Shown here: piece after piece, positions 26,734-41,200 of the stretch | How positions within the stretch are numbered: position 1 is the first letter of the stretch | How the letters are laid out: each line of letters starts with the position of its first letter | Assembly (NCBI GenBank): GCA_964016885.1 | Contig: OZ024742.1 | Coordinates: 239,940,001 to 240,004,000, forward strand | Length of the DNA: 64,000 nucleotides | Direction of reading: 5' to 3' | Source of the DNA: Eledone cirrhosa | Taxonomy: Eukaryota | Made by a program: the position numbers and the translations under genes | Notes under the pieces: model-generated | What the model was told of the DNA's origin: nothing | Database searches by the model: none | Seen by the model: only the letters and a program-made list of their open reading frames with translations

Positions 26734-26735
<2 letters not shown>
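26193..26735. mobile_element. Fold-back element: ~195-bp inverted arms (26193-26384 / 26539-26735) around a 154-bp hammerhead-containing spacer
   Basis: Arms are near-perfect reverse complements (one 5-bp indel plus TA-tract variation), e.g. gtcgctttgttcgtttgtaaacaaactgaacagcctgaatttatgcc / ggcataaattcaggctgttcagtttgtttacaaacgaacaaagcgac. Confidence 0.9.
26435..26479 (-). ncRNA. Minimal type-I hammerhead ribozyme with intact catalytic core
   Basis: Minus strand: AACGGUG CUGAUGA U AGCU AACA AGCU U GAAA CUAGU A CAUCGUU. 7-bp stem I (one G.U), 4-bp stem II, palindromic stem III ACUAGU, GUA cleavage triplet. Confidence 0.8.
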
Positions 26736-26766
<31 letters not shown>

Positions 26767-26959
26767 CATACATACATATATATTTATATATATATACATA
26801 CATACATACATACATATAATATATACATACATACATATACATACATACATACATATATATATACATATATATACTACATACATATATATATACATATATA
26901 TACATACATACATATATATATACATATATATACATACATACATATATATATACATATAT

Positions 26960-26990
<31 letters not shown>

Positions 26991-27017
26991 CATACATACA
27001 TATATATATACATATAT

Positions 27018-27048
<31 letters not shown>

Positions 27049-27109
27049 CATACATATATATACATATATATATATATATATACATACATATATATCTATA
27101 TATATATAT

Positions 27110-27256
<147 letters not shown>

Positions 27257-27257
27257 C

Positions 27258-27302
<45 letters not shown>

Positions 27303-27433
27303 CATACATACATACATATATATATACATTATATATATACATACATATATATATATACATTATATATATACATACATATATATATATATATACATACATA
27401 TATATATATATATATATACATACATATATATAC

Positions 27434-27484
<51 letters not shown>

Positions 27485-27636
27485 CATACATATATATATA
27501 CATACATATATATATACACATATTTATATATACATACATACATATATATACACATATTTATATATACATACATACATATATACATACATACATACATATA
27601 TATATATATACATACATATATATATATATACATACA

Positions 27637-27676
<40 letters not shown>

Positions 27677-27706
27677 CATACATACATAGATATATATATA
27701 CATACA

Positions 27707-27744
<38 letters not shown>

Positions 27745-27947
27745 CATACATACATACATAGATATATATATACATACATACATACATACATATATATATA
27801 TATACATACATATATATATATATATATATACATACATACATATATATATACATACATACATACATACATATATATATATATACATACATATATATATATA
27901 TATATACATACATACATAGATATATATATATATACATACATACATAG

Positions 27948-27978
<31 letters not shown>

Positions 27979-28095
27979 CATATATATATACACATACATA
28001 CATATATATATACACATACATACATATATATATACACATACATACATACATACATATATATATACATACATACATATATATATATATACACATAC

Positions 28096-28126
<31 letters not shown>

Positions 28127-28133
28127 CACATAC

Positions 28134-28164
<31 letters not shown>

Positions 28165-28217
28165 CACATACATACATACATACATATATATATACACATA
28201 CATACATATATATATAC

Positions 28218-28248
<31 letters not shown>

Positions 28249-28275
28249 TACATACATACATACATACATATATAT

Positions 28276-28496
28276 ATGGTGGCTGCCAACTCGTTTTCGA
28301 GTACGGCCACTACTTTATATCCATGTAGGAGAACCCCTACCGATGCGCTGAACGAGTGTGACTTTTTAGTCCAGCCAGCGACTTGAAAACTCTGGTACAA
28401 ACACTACACTTGTGACAATTACTGACACATAGTGCAGGGCCCATGGTACCATGTGACGACAAGTGCAGAGAGATCTCCAGATATAAAGCAATGCCT
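28276..28496 (-). mobile_element. Truncated copy of the 30766-31170 element
   Basis: 221 bp matching 30766-30986 with ~8 substitutions; flanked by TA/TACA repeats. Confidence 0.85.
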
Positions 28497-28497
28497 T

Positions 28498-28604
<107 letters not shown>

Positions 28605-28683
28605 CATATATATACATATATATATATACATACATACATATATATATATATACACATAGATACATATATATATAAATATACAC

Positions 28684-28716
<33 letters not shown>

Positions 28717-28717
28717 C

Positions 28718-28764
<47 letters not shown>

Positions 28765-28767
28765 CAC

Positions 28768-28890
<123 letters not shown>

Positions 28891-28993
28891 CACATACATA
28901 CACATATATATATATATATATATACATATATATATACACATACATACATATATATACACATACATACATATATATACTCATACATACATACAT

Positions 28994-29038
<45 letters not shown>

Positions 29039-29041
29039 CAT

Positions 29042-29192
<151 letters not shown>

Positions 29193-29195
29193 CAC

Positions 29196-29342
<147 letters not shown>

Positions 29343-29361
29343 CATACATATATATATACAC

Positions 29362-29412
<51 letters not shown>

Positions 29413-29669
29413 CATACATATATATATACACATACATACATATATATATATATATATACACATACATACATATATATATATACATATATATATACACATA
29501 CATACATATATATATATACATATATATATACACATACATACATATATATATATATATACATATACACATACATACATATATATATATATACACATACATA
29601 CATATATATATATATATACATCTATATATACACATACATACATACATATATATATATACATCTATATAT

Positions 29670-29714
<45 letters not shown>

Positions 29715-29881
29715 CATACATACACATATATATATATATACATCTATATATACACATACATACATACATATATATATATATATACATCTATATATACACA
29801 TACATACATACATATATATATATATACATCTATATATACACATACATACATACATATATATATATATACATCTATATATAC

Positions 29882-29912
<31 letters not shown>

Positions 29913-30434
29913 TATATATACATACACGCACACACATACACATATATATATATACATACATATATATATATACATACAATATACATACATACATATATAT
30001 ATATATATACATATATATATACACATACATACATATATATACATATATATATACACATACATACATATATATACATATATATATACACATACCTACACAT
30101 ACATACATATATATATATATACACATACATACATACATACATATATATACATATATATATATACATACATACATATATATACATATACACATACATATAT
30201 ATACATATATATATACACATACATATATATACATATATATATACACATACATACATATACATATATATACACATACATACATATACATATATATACACAT
30301 ACATATATATACACATACATACATATATATATACATATTTATACATATACATACATATACACATACATACATATATATACATATATATACACATACATAC
30401 ATATATATACATATACATACATATATATATATAC

Positions 30435-30669
30435 ATATGTAGTTTAGAAAGCCACAACAATGCAGATGGGAAATCTCGAGGTAGGAAGTGAGTGAGAAAT
30501 AGGAGAAAAGTGAAAATTGAGAGAAACGAAAATGAAAACAAAACAAAGGTAGAAGGGTTACCGTAGTGGAGATTTAATCCCAATATTTCGGGCTTACGCC
30601 CATCACTCTCACTCACTTCCTACCTCGAGATTTCCCATCTGCATTGTTGTGGCTTTCTAAACTACATAT
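30435..30669. mobile_element. Fold-back element: perfect 63-bp inverted arms (30435-30497 / 30607-30669) with a truncated hammerhead in the 109-bp spacer
   Basis: atatgtagtttagaaagcc...gtgagtgaga / tctcactcac...ggctttctaaactacatat. Minus-strand spacer begins (g)UGA U GGGC GUAA GCCC GAAA UAU U. Confidence 0.85.
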
Positions 30670-30765
30670 TTTACACATTTCACAATGCTTCAAGCAAACT
30701 TTAACACCCTCACATACATACATACATACATACATACATACATACATACATACATACATACATAC

Positions 30766-31170
30766 ATGGTGGCTGCCAACTCGTTTTCGAGTACGGCCAC
30801 TACTTTATATCCATATAGGAGAACCCCTACCGATGCGCTTAACGAGTGTGACTTTTTAGTCCAGCCAGCGACTTGAAAACTCTGGTACAAACACTATACT
30901 TGTGACAATTATTGGCACATAGTGCTGGGCCCATGGTATCATGTGACGACAAGTGCAGAGAGATCTCCAAATATAAAGCAATGCCTGTGCCGTGAAGCTT
31001 TTATAATGAGCAAAGGCACTGCACAAAGCCAGTCCCACTCTCTTAACCAAGATGATATTTACCAAAAAGAAGAACAAGTCAACATCATTGGATACCATCA
31101 GGGTTGCAGGTGTTATATCAGAGTTTTCCTTCTCCTAGAATTCTGCCTTGACAAAGGCTAAGGGGTCATC
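30766..31170 (-). mobile_element. Short non-coding retroposon-like element with (ATGT)n tail, RTE-5'UTR-like
   Basis: Minus strand contains ctaggagaaggaaaactctg (recalled as an RTE-clade 5' UTR motif) and runs directly into (ATGT)n; pure (TACA)n on both sides. Confidence 0.6.
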
Positions 31171-31378
31171 CATACATACATACATACATAGATACATACA
31201 TACATACATACATACATACATACATACATACATACATACATACATACATACATACATACATACATACATACATACATACATACATACATACATACATACA
31301 TAGATATATACACATACTTGTTCAATACTTAATTTTTAATTTTTTTATTCTTTTTAATTCCTTTTAATTGTAATATTC

Positions 31379-31426
31379 AACATTTGATAAGATGGTTCAC
31401 ACTGATACATCGAAACCGGTTATATT
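31379..31426 (+). ncRNA. Minimal hammerhead motif with variant core UUGAUAA
   Basis: AACAU UUGAUAA GAUG-gu-UCA cac UGA-ua-CAUC GAAA CCGGU U AUAUU; palindromic stem III ACCGGU. Confidence 0.6.
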
Positions 31427-31632
31427 TTATATACATTATAAATGATTAGAGTGTTGAACTCACAGCCATAAGACCATGGGTACAATTCCTGCACCAGTCC
31501 AACACATATTCTTGAGCAACATGCTTCACTTACATAGCTTTTCATTATATGACTGGGGTCATAGATAAATATAAGCACTTTAAAAATAAACAGTAGTGTA
31601 AGATAGAACCATATTTCAGTCCTTCAAATCTA

Positions 31633-31840
31633 GTGAAGGTGTGTGACCTACGGGTTAGGTTGTTGGATTAACAATCATAAGGTTGTGGGTTCAATTCCAG
31701 GATCAGGTGGCACATTCTATTCTTGAGCAACATGCTTAACTTCGGGTAGCTTTTCATTATATGATTGAGGTCCCTTATCATTAAAACACCCGAGAAACTT
31801 CCTATGAGATGCAAGTGGTAGGAGGCCAGCTACACATGTA
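31633..31840 (+). mobile_element. SINE family B, with a partial duplicate at ~31440-31560
   Basis: gtgaaggtgtgtgacctacgggttagg...gggttcaattcc...ttcttgagcaacatgctt...gaggccagcta. Confidence 0.75.
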
Positions 31841-34179
31841 GCCTTTTCTCTAACTTACCCAATTTAAGTTTATTTTGTCTGCTATATTTCCCTTCTCATC
31901 AGTAAGTACATCTACTGGTACTTATTAATCTCAGCATGTTGAGAGAGAGACACTGGCAAATTTCAAATGTAGAAACATATGGCAACAAACCAAAGATAAA
32001 AGGTATTTTGAATCCCAGTGGGATTTTTAGACTATAAACAAGATAGTGTAAAGGTATCTAGACCCACTTCTTACAGTTGTAGGCATTTCCATCAACCTTT
32101 ACTTAACATAATGTTACATTCCTGTTACTAGAATTATGCATGTTCTTAGTGATTAATCTCAAAACCTCTTGTACATCTAGGTAATGCAACTAAAATAAAT
32201 ACTTTCAAAGTACTTTTACAACAGTGAGATTAAACACAAAATTGTGTATGAAGAAAACTAACAGAAATTTCAGATATTATCACCTATCTATGAGATACAG
32301 TTTATTTTATGTCTATACAGATATTAATTAAGAAGAATGAGTCAACAAGAGATCTTTTCTGAAGGCTTTCCCATCTGTGTAATGTGTATTAGACAAATAT
32401 CCCCTTCCTACACAAATTTCCTCATTTTATTAAAACAGAATTTTGTACAAGTAGTACTTTCTGAGATATAAATGGAAAATATATATATATATCAAACCAA
32501 TATTAATCGCAAATGTTAATGAAGAAATACTAAAATAATTCGTCATCGTCGTTTCCTCCCAATGTAAATCAAAATCTGAAGATATTTTCTACTACTCTCT
32601 GTTAGAATTGTCAACATCAACAGATTTTACATCATTTTTTTCCATCCTTATATGGGTTGGACAAGACTTCTTAAGGCAGATGTCTTTCCTGATGCTAACC
32701 CATATCTTATTTTAAGTATGGTATATATCGGTGACATTAATTGAACCACTATGGGACATAATGTTTATGGGTTTAACTAGATTTAACAGGCTTCCTTCAA
32801 GGTTGCATCTTATACGTTTCGCAAATGCTTTAAGGACCCCCTCCCCCCGACCTATCGTGAAAAACAATATGAAAAGAAGTATCTTGCGCAAGAATACAAG
32901 GTGCCATCCAGTTGAGGAACCAAACCTACAACCTAGTGATAGTGAGTGCAACACCCTGACCACTAGGCCACACACCTTCACAACATTTATGGGAGATATA
33001 AATAGATTTCACCACTGGCTTTTTATAAAAACAGTGTTGATATGTGTGTAGCAACTGGCAGACACATACAACACACTTCTTCAAATACACTCACAAAGTA
33101 TTGGTCAGCCTGAGGCTATAATAAATTTAGCATATCATTTTTAACTCTATATCATATTGTTTTCTATATAACCTGTAGGTTGGCCAACATATAGTGAACT
33201 TAGTATTCAACTAAAAGGTAAAATTTAGCAGTTAAAAAAAAAATTAACTTTTTCATATTTTGAATTAAAGACACTGCCCATGATTTTCAAAAAATTTTTG
33301 AAAATAATCAAAAAATTTGGAGGGATTTAATAATATAACTAACTTCTCATTATTAAGTTGGTGTATAGAACATAAAATAAGGCCCTTAAATAAAATTATG
33401 ATGTAAGGTTTTTAGATATATATATAAATACTTTTTTATAAAATGTATCATAGACGCAGGGGTGGTTTCAAGCAGTTTAGTATCAAGATAGTTAAGCAAT
33501 ACAATATACAAATAATGCTACTTCTAAATCATGTTGAGCTTGACAAAATTTCATTTTGAAACAAACATAAATCGCATGGATTTATCAACAACGTTAGAGC
33601 TGGTGCCACGATAAAAGCACCTTTTAAACTCTAAAGTAGTTGACATTAGGAAGGGCATCAAGTCATAGAATTGTAGCCAGAATATTGAACAAATAAGCAA
33701 TATATGGTCCCTGGTGAGACCAATCTTGAACCATAACAAACTGCCTGACCCATACCAATATGGAATGCAGATGTGAATTGATGATGATGATCAGAGCACC
33801 AAATATTTGGTAAACAATAGAGATTTTTATCAAAATCTGCAAGAAAGGAAGAAAGATCAAGACAGACATGGATGGAAAGTGGCAAAAAAATGTTGTGGTG
33901 GGAGTTTTAAACTTCAAGAAGGCTTTATGATAAAAGATGACAAGTAGAGAGATGCTATCTTGGAGAAAATCCCTCAAAACCATGTAAGCATCAACTGTAA
34001 TATCCTGTATATGTTTGTAGGTAACATGACCACCACTACCACCACCACTTCATTTAGCAAACAGCATGAAGCTCTTACATTTAGCAAGCAGTATGCTTGC
34101 TCTTACACCTTACTCTCATCACTGCCTTTCTCAACTGAGCCAAGGGCACGAGAAGCATGCAAATATTGTGATGAGGTAG

Positions 34180-34540
34180 TACTGGTAACATGACAGAACA
34201 CACCTAATCCACCCTGTAAGGTGGTCATATAGGAGCGACAACAAAAAACACTCCGTCTATCCTGTAAAGTAGTGCTGGTGCCATGACAAAAAGCACCTGC
34301 TTCACCCTGTAAGGTGGTCATACTGGAACGACAATAAAAAGCACCCAGTTTGTTCCGTAAAGTAGTAGTACCGGTACCATGAAAAAGGCTCTCAGTACAT
34401 GTAGTGAAGTGGTTGGCATTAGAAAGGGCATTCAGTCATAGAGAACCAAGCCAAAGACAGAACGTATAAGCAAGACATGGTCACCTAACATGATGGCCCA
34501 TCTAACCCATGCACGCTTGGAAAATAGATGTTAAATAGTG
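34180..34540 (+). mobile_element. SINE-like family D sharing the RTE 3' terminus
   Basis: Repeated ggtgccatgacaaaaagcacc units, then aagtggttggcattagaaagggcattcag...aacccatgcacgcttggaaaatagatgttaaat. Related copies near 7020, 18085, 33595, 40280, 42510, 43190, 49790, 54345 and 61660. Confidence 0.7.
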
Positions 34541-35565
34541 GCGGTGGTTATGACATCTTTAACGCTTTAAAATTTACACATTCAACGCATTTCCTATTTC
34601 AGTCATGTTGCTACAATAAGAAGTTTGCTTTCTAAATACCAGGTCCTGAGTTCTAACTCTACATTTTTCCCTATAAATAGTTGATTCTTTAAAGTTCCTC
34701 ATACATTTTTTTTTTAATCACTTACACGAGCCAGTAATCAACATAAACTATAGGCTTTCTTTCTCCTATGCACACCATTAATTTATCAAAACACAAATTT
34801 CACAGTTTTTGTATGATTATGCACATATCTTGTAATCCTGGTATATATGAAATACCAATCCTGGACACCAAAAATTAAATATGTTCAACACTATTGCCAT
34901 CGTTATTGACAACACGGGTTCACAAATATAAGAGAAAAAGACAGAAAAATTGTTTGATGCAAGGAATCACGTAATTCTAAGTTTATTGATCAAACTGAAA
35001 GATATATAAGAGTGAATCATTCTTCTTTTTTCTTTACTTATTTTTTTTTTAAATTATATGAAAAAGAGCTGACAGTTAGGAATGGGAGACATCTAAAATA
35101 AAAGTGCTTTATTGGTGATAATGATGGGTGGAGCATTTAATCTATAGAGGGGCAATTTTACAGCAGTGGGGAAGAGGTAAGTAGGTAGGTAGAAGGTGGG
35201 GGAGGGGTGTAGTGTGTGTGTGTGGGGGGGGGGGGGGGGGGGGGGTCACTAGATTTTGTTTGTTTCTCTTTTTTTTTTTTTTTTAAGAAAAAAAGTTGCA
35301 TTAACAGGTATTGAGTGATTATAGGTGAAAGAGGAATAACTTATTGATTACCAATTCCATCACTGTAGACATGTTGCAGTGAAGACAGAGAAGTGAGTAA
35401 GTTGAAGAAGAAAAATAACTGCTAGTTACAACAAAAAATAATAATAAAAGTAATAATTTCATTTATTTGCCACAAGGGCAGCAGATATAGGTGTGCGTGT
35501 GTACATACATATATATTATGTGCATTGTACATTGTAGACATGGTGAAACAGTCCTCCTTATATAC

Positions 35566-35700
35566 CTTATACATGACAACTGACAAATAGGGACAATTGA
35601 GGAACCCCACAAATCCATGGTCACCTTGACCTCTCCCAAGAAAAAGGACTCCTTTTTGGACATGCTGAGGGGAGGACCCTTCGTTCTTGATAAATACACC
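35566..35700 (-). other. Candidate 135-nt internal exon
   Basis: Long poly-T tract then caaag| acceptor; donor AAG|GTATAT; two frames open (GVFIKNEGSS...VVMYK or VYLSRTKGPP...QLSCI); no homology recognised. Confidence 0.3.
35618..35632. promoter_or_regulatory. Consensus IR3 nuclear-receptor (ERE-type) palindrome
   Basis: tGGTCA cct TGACCt matches GGTCAnnnTGACC exactly; function unproven. Confidence 0.3.
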
Positions 35701-37789
35701 CTTTGAAAAAAAAAAAAAAAAAAAAAAGAAAGAAAGAAAAAAAAAAAAAAAATCACTGGAGCAGAGTACTTTCCTCTCCACTATGACCGATGATAATAAT
35801 AATAATGATGTCTTTTAATTGTCACAAGGGTGTTGGATGGCAAAAAGACATTGCAAAGACAGGTTAGAATATGATGATGATTTACATAGAAAAAAAAAAG
35901 TAGGTAACTACAACAACAATAGTAGACTTCAATGAAAGAGAGGAGGAGGAGAATGGGTTAGGAGGAAGTTCAAAGTGATAACAAGTTTAACAGCAAGGGA
36001 TGATGGTATTAGATATACTGTCTGGGTTTGTTAGTTCATAATGAGGCTGACTTTTCAGTTCATTTGTATATTTCTAACAAGCTGGTGGTGAAGATGGTGA
36101 GGATGGAGTACTTACTGTCATTTAGTCTATATTCTAAATTTACCAAGTGATACGTATCGCGCATGTGTGTGTGTGGTTTGACTTCCACAGTTTGACTTCC
36201 ACACTGTTGATTGGTATTTTCTTTCGTTTGTACCCCACCCCATATATATATATATATAATGTTATGTGTGTGTGTATAGAAAGAGGGGGAGGTGGGGACT
36301 AGAATTTTGTGTTGAATAAAATGTCTTCAGGTATAGCTGAGAGCTTAAAATGCTTGCTTCACACCTCTCTGGTTCTGGCTTCCATCCCACTGTACATGAC
36401 TGTAGGGAGTAGTGTTCTCAACCAATCTGTTTGTATATCAACAACTACTGTATTGTTCAATGCACTCTTCTAATTATGGGGGGGGGGGGGGCAGCAGCTT
36501 CACCTGTAAATAGTGAAATGACACATGCTGAAAAAATAGCTTCCTGATAATTCCTGGTATTTTAGAATTTTATTTTATTCATCTCCGAATATGGTGACCT
36601 CCACCTTCGCTGCAGCATTTAGGGCTGGTTTCAGGTGGTTAGGTAATTAAAAGGGTCAATGGACATCTGTCAGTTTCAATGATGATGTTTTCTAAGTTGT
36701 TCAGTTAATGGAATGGTCCAATTATGAAATTAGGATGTAAATTGTTGATCCAAAGACATGTGTACTTTTAACATAATTCTCAAGGTAATCCAGCCTGATA
36801 CTGTGTAGCAAGGCTAGCTCTTTGAATTACAGGTACAGTCCATTTTATATACTTTAGCAAAATATCAGTTATACAAAACTAAACCTTGTAATTTCAAAAT
36901 ATCTTTGAAATTAACAGATACATGCTAAAATAAACAATTATTCGGGTACTCTTTTTCAGCCTGGGAGGATGAAAGATGAAGTTGACCTTGGTGGGTTTCA
37001 AATCCAGGACATAACTAGATGTTGCTATGTATTTTGTCTAATGCTCTAATGAACACTTGCTATGGAGCCTGCAAAAGTATCTTCCCTGGCCTTAAAACGT
37101 TCGTTGAGTTGTTGTTGTTGCTCTATTAGTTCTGCTAATTCACTGCCTATATTTGTATAATTTATTGAAAGTATTTCTGGATGAGATAAAACATTTTATT
37201 GAAATATTTTATATCTAAATAAACAAAACATTTATTGCAGAAACTGGTGGAGAACAAAAAGGTCTCTTAATACTTTTCATTAAAAAACTAAAACCATCCC
37301 AAGTTCTATGATATAAAGCAGTTATTTTAAAGTATTTATATTTATCTAAAAATAAAAAAAACCTTTCATCATAATTTTAAGAGTTTTCATATGCCGTAAA
37401 CACAAGTTTAACAATGAGAAAACTAGTTATATTACTTAACTTGAATTTTTGATTATTTTCAAAATTATTTGAAAATCGTGAGTGGTGCTTTTTCTTCAAA
37501 ATACAGTAATGTAAAACTTGTAAATTAACAAAAACAAATTTAGCAGAGAAGTTACGAGAAAAGTGATTAAAGGGAGACAACTTGAGTATTTCTCTGTACA
37601 CATCAGCCTCACAACATAAAGAATTATTGATTTTTCTTTTCGTCAATTTTTGAGGATTGTATTCTTAATATACGAGTGGACCCTTGACGACAATGTGTGT
37701 ATTTTTTGGAGTCCAGGATTGATATATGCCATATAAACGAGGATTACTGCATATAAGAACAACTATACAAACAGTGAGATTTGTGTTTT

Positions 37790-38270
37790 GATAAATTATT
37801 ATTTACATAAGAGAAACCCTGTAGTTTATGTTGATAAGAATGATATTTCAATAATTTATTTCTAGGATATAATTACATAAATGTTCAGCATATATGTACA
37901 AATGACATGTATGAGTCACTTTGGAAAATAACTATTTAGAGGGGGAAATGTCAGGACCCAGTGATTGGAAAGTGAGCTGCTTATTGTAGACTTAGATAGG
38001 AAATGCTTAATGTGTATCTGTGTGTGTGTGTGTAAATTTTAAAGAGTTAGATATACAAACACATGGTGTATTATTATGGTTGATGACATAGAGGATTAAT
38101 TATATGAGTAACTTTGAAGAAATAACTATGTACAGGGACAAATGTTGTGTTAGAACTTATTGCAGCAACATGGCTACAATAGGAAATATATGTTTGTGTG
38201 TATAAATTTTAAAGAGATAGATATATAAATAGATATACAAAGATGCATGGCGTATTATTATGGTTGATTG
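37790..38270 (+). repeat. Unclassified dispersed repeat with internal duplication
   Basis: ctttgga.aaataactattta...gtgattggaaagtga...ttattgtaga...catgg.gtattattatggttgat also at ~52490-52730, 55370-55590 (minus) and 60580-60745. Confidence 0.65.
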
Positions 38271-41200
38271 TTCATTTAAGTTTATAGCATTATTTTAATT
38301 ACACTTTTCATTTTATGTTGATGAAGAGCTTGACTGGAATAGCATTTCATTTTTTTTGATATTCAGAGTAGCTGATGTAGATAATATAATATAGCTGAAG
38401 TAGATAATATAACTTGAAATAATACTTTTGTCTTTTTTATATTTATCTTGGGACCAGAAAGGCTAACAATAATCTGGAAACGACACAAACCTTGAAGTAT
38501 CTTGGCAGCATAATATCGAAAGTCAAATGAATTGACACCGAGATATGAATGACATTTGAATGATTGCATCTATGGCTACAAAAGAAACACCATGTTTGCC
38601 ATCAAAACCAAGCACAGTTTACAAAGCAACCAATCACCTTTAGTCACTTGGATATATTGGTGTCAAAACCTTGACATTGTACAAGAGCCAAATGAAGAAA
38701 CTTCATACCTACATGATGAGACACGCAGGGTTTGTTTTAAGGAAATCTTAGAACTACACAAGTGCTATGATTCAGTGTTTGACCCAGACTTTCATATTCT
38801 CAGAGTCTGAGAAACATTTGTAATAGCTATTTTTAAGATTTTATCATCTTAGGGGGTTAATTTTATAATCAATTAATTTGGAGGGAGTAAATTGAGTGAT
38901 TAGAATGCATTGTGCCATTTGTGATGGCTTTCTGTGCTTAGAGGTAAAATCCTATGCAAGTCAACTTTGCCTTTCATTCTTTTGAGTCGATAAATAAAAT
39001 ACCAGTCCAGTTGGCTCTTGCTCTCTCCTTTCATCCTTTAGAGGCTGCTAAAGTATCAGTCCAGTTGGCTGGCTCTCTCTCTATATATATATATATATAT
39101 GAAATTGGCTGTTCGACCTGGAGAGGTACGTGTTATGCCATATTCCAAGTGCCCAAGACTTTAAAGTGTGTCAGGACACGGCCTCTGTGACTACATCAAG
39201 AATTAAATTATCTTTACTTTTTTTTAAAGTTTGTTTTTTTTGGGGGGGGGGGGGGTATTGAATTTTGTTACATAATATCTATCAAGTGAAAAGCTTGAGA
39301 AACTCAGTATTAATTATATCTCAAAATGTTACCACTTTAATCCTCTGGAGCTTTGTTTTTACATCATTATCCCCCTACCCCATCTGGATGCCAAAAATTA
39401 CGAAAATATATACACTAAGACGCTTCTAATCAATCAATATATGCAAGCCCACCTGAAATATGGTCAAAAGAAATTGTTTTTGTTTTCTCGTCTCAAGTGA
39501 GCTCTGATCAGGGAAAACTATGATCAAAGACGTTCCAGTGGTCACTTTTATATATCAAGGACTATGGAATATAATGTGCAAGGTTTTATTCCTCTCTAAA
39601 TACAACCGGAGCGTTTTTTGGGGGGTATTTTGCCACTATTTCCAGAAAAATTCTCTCGTTGACTCGTCAAAAATATATACAAATTTTTTTCTGGTCAGGG
39701 GAAACAACTCTTACACAACTTTCCTTTCATTAAAAGATTTGTAGTCAGTTATTGTTTTTTCGTATCATCATAAGGCGAGAAGAGAAATATCAACTTTTAA
39801 GCGGTAATGTAAACTTAAATCCATTTACACGCAGTGGGAAGAGGAGGTTAATTGTGCTGTAGCTAAGGGCCCCGCAGTGAAGAATTTGAGGGATTTACTT
39901 AAATTATGAAATTATTTCATTACTAAGCTAAAATCTTAACATGCGGTTTTGATATAAAATTGAAGATTTAAACTTTAAACAGAAACCCTTTAAAATGGGT
40001 CGTTTTTGTTTCATAGAACCAGAGCTAGTTTCGGCCAGGTTGGTATAAAAAAAAAAGGTTAATACTTATTCAAGGCAATTATATAGCCGCTACAGGATCA
40101 CACGACCTACCAAAAATAGCAGTTAAATCTAACTCAACTTAAACTTTTCTGTCTTTAAAATTGAATGTATTCCTAGGAACATCAAATCTGAGAGAAGGGA
40201 GAAAATGGTTCAGACTTGAGTGCCTTTCATCGTAGAGGGTGGAGAAAGGAAGAGAAAATATTAGAATATATATTACAATGATTGGTGATCGGAAGAACAT
40301 CCAGCTGTAGCAAGAATGCCCCCCCAAAAAAGGGAGCTGCGAAGGCATTTTAGATATGTCAATGGCAGGGCAACCTTTCTAGTGTTGGTGCCATGTTAAA
40401 ATACACGCAGTGCACTTTGTAGAGTGCAGGAACTCATCTATGAGATGTGGCACCCCAGCACAACTGAGGGGACAGTAAGCTCCAATTAAGTAGTGACCTG
40501 GTCTGTAATGACTTGTCTAACCCTTGCTAGTAGGGAAAACAAATTTATGATGATGATTTATTACATAATATCCATTACCAAAAAAACAAAGCCCCAGATC
40601 AATTTTTCACATAAAAGTTTATATCTAGCTTTCAACCCATGTGATTAGGTTTCACTACCAATAGGAGATGCAGGTGGCAAACAAATTCCTAAATTACCAA
40701 GTCAAGCTAGTTGCAAAAGAGACACCAATTGATTTGATACAGTTTGCAGTTTTATGAAGTGGGAACACTATTCAACTGATGAACATTTCATGAACTTTCA
40801 ATGCTCGGCTCAAATACAACCATAACTGTTGCTTAGAAGGGGTTTGGTTCTACCAGGAGGAGGTTATGGGACCCACATTTCACATGACCATTGAAGAATT
40901 TCATTGCAATTAATAATTTTGTTTAATCATTTTGATACCGAACAGTCTGAAACTACCTCTGCTTCTACGATACAAAATTGTTTATCTTAAAGTGTTAATA
41001 TTTATCTAAAAAACCTTCCATCATAATTTTATGTAAGAACCTTTAAGTTAGGGTTCAAACACCAGACAAATAAGTTAGTTATATCACTAAATCTCTTCAA
41101 ATTATTGATTATTTTCAAAATTATTTGATAATCATTGGTAGTTTCTTGCATTAGAAATATAGTAAAAGAAAGTGTGTTCCTATATGCCTGTTAGATCTCA

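Noticed and set aside
35197-35245. G-quadruplex-capable G runs (also 127-192, 36478, 39242)
   Set aside because: Poly-G runs are common in this kind of genome and error-prone in assembly; no functional context.
38556-38830. 84-aa ORF with similarity to 55850-55970
   Set aside because: Appears to be an old dispersed repeat (possibly a LINE 3' relic); the frame is not preserved between copies and no domain was recognised.
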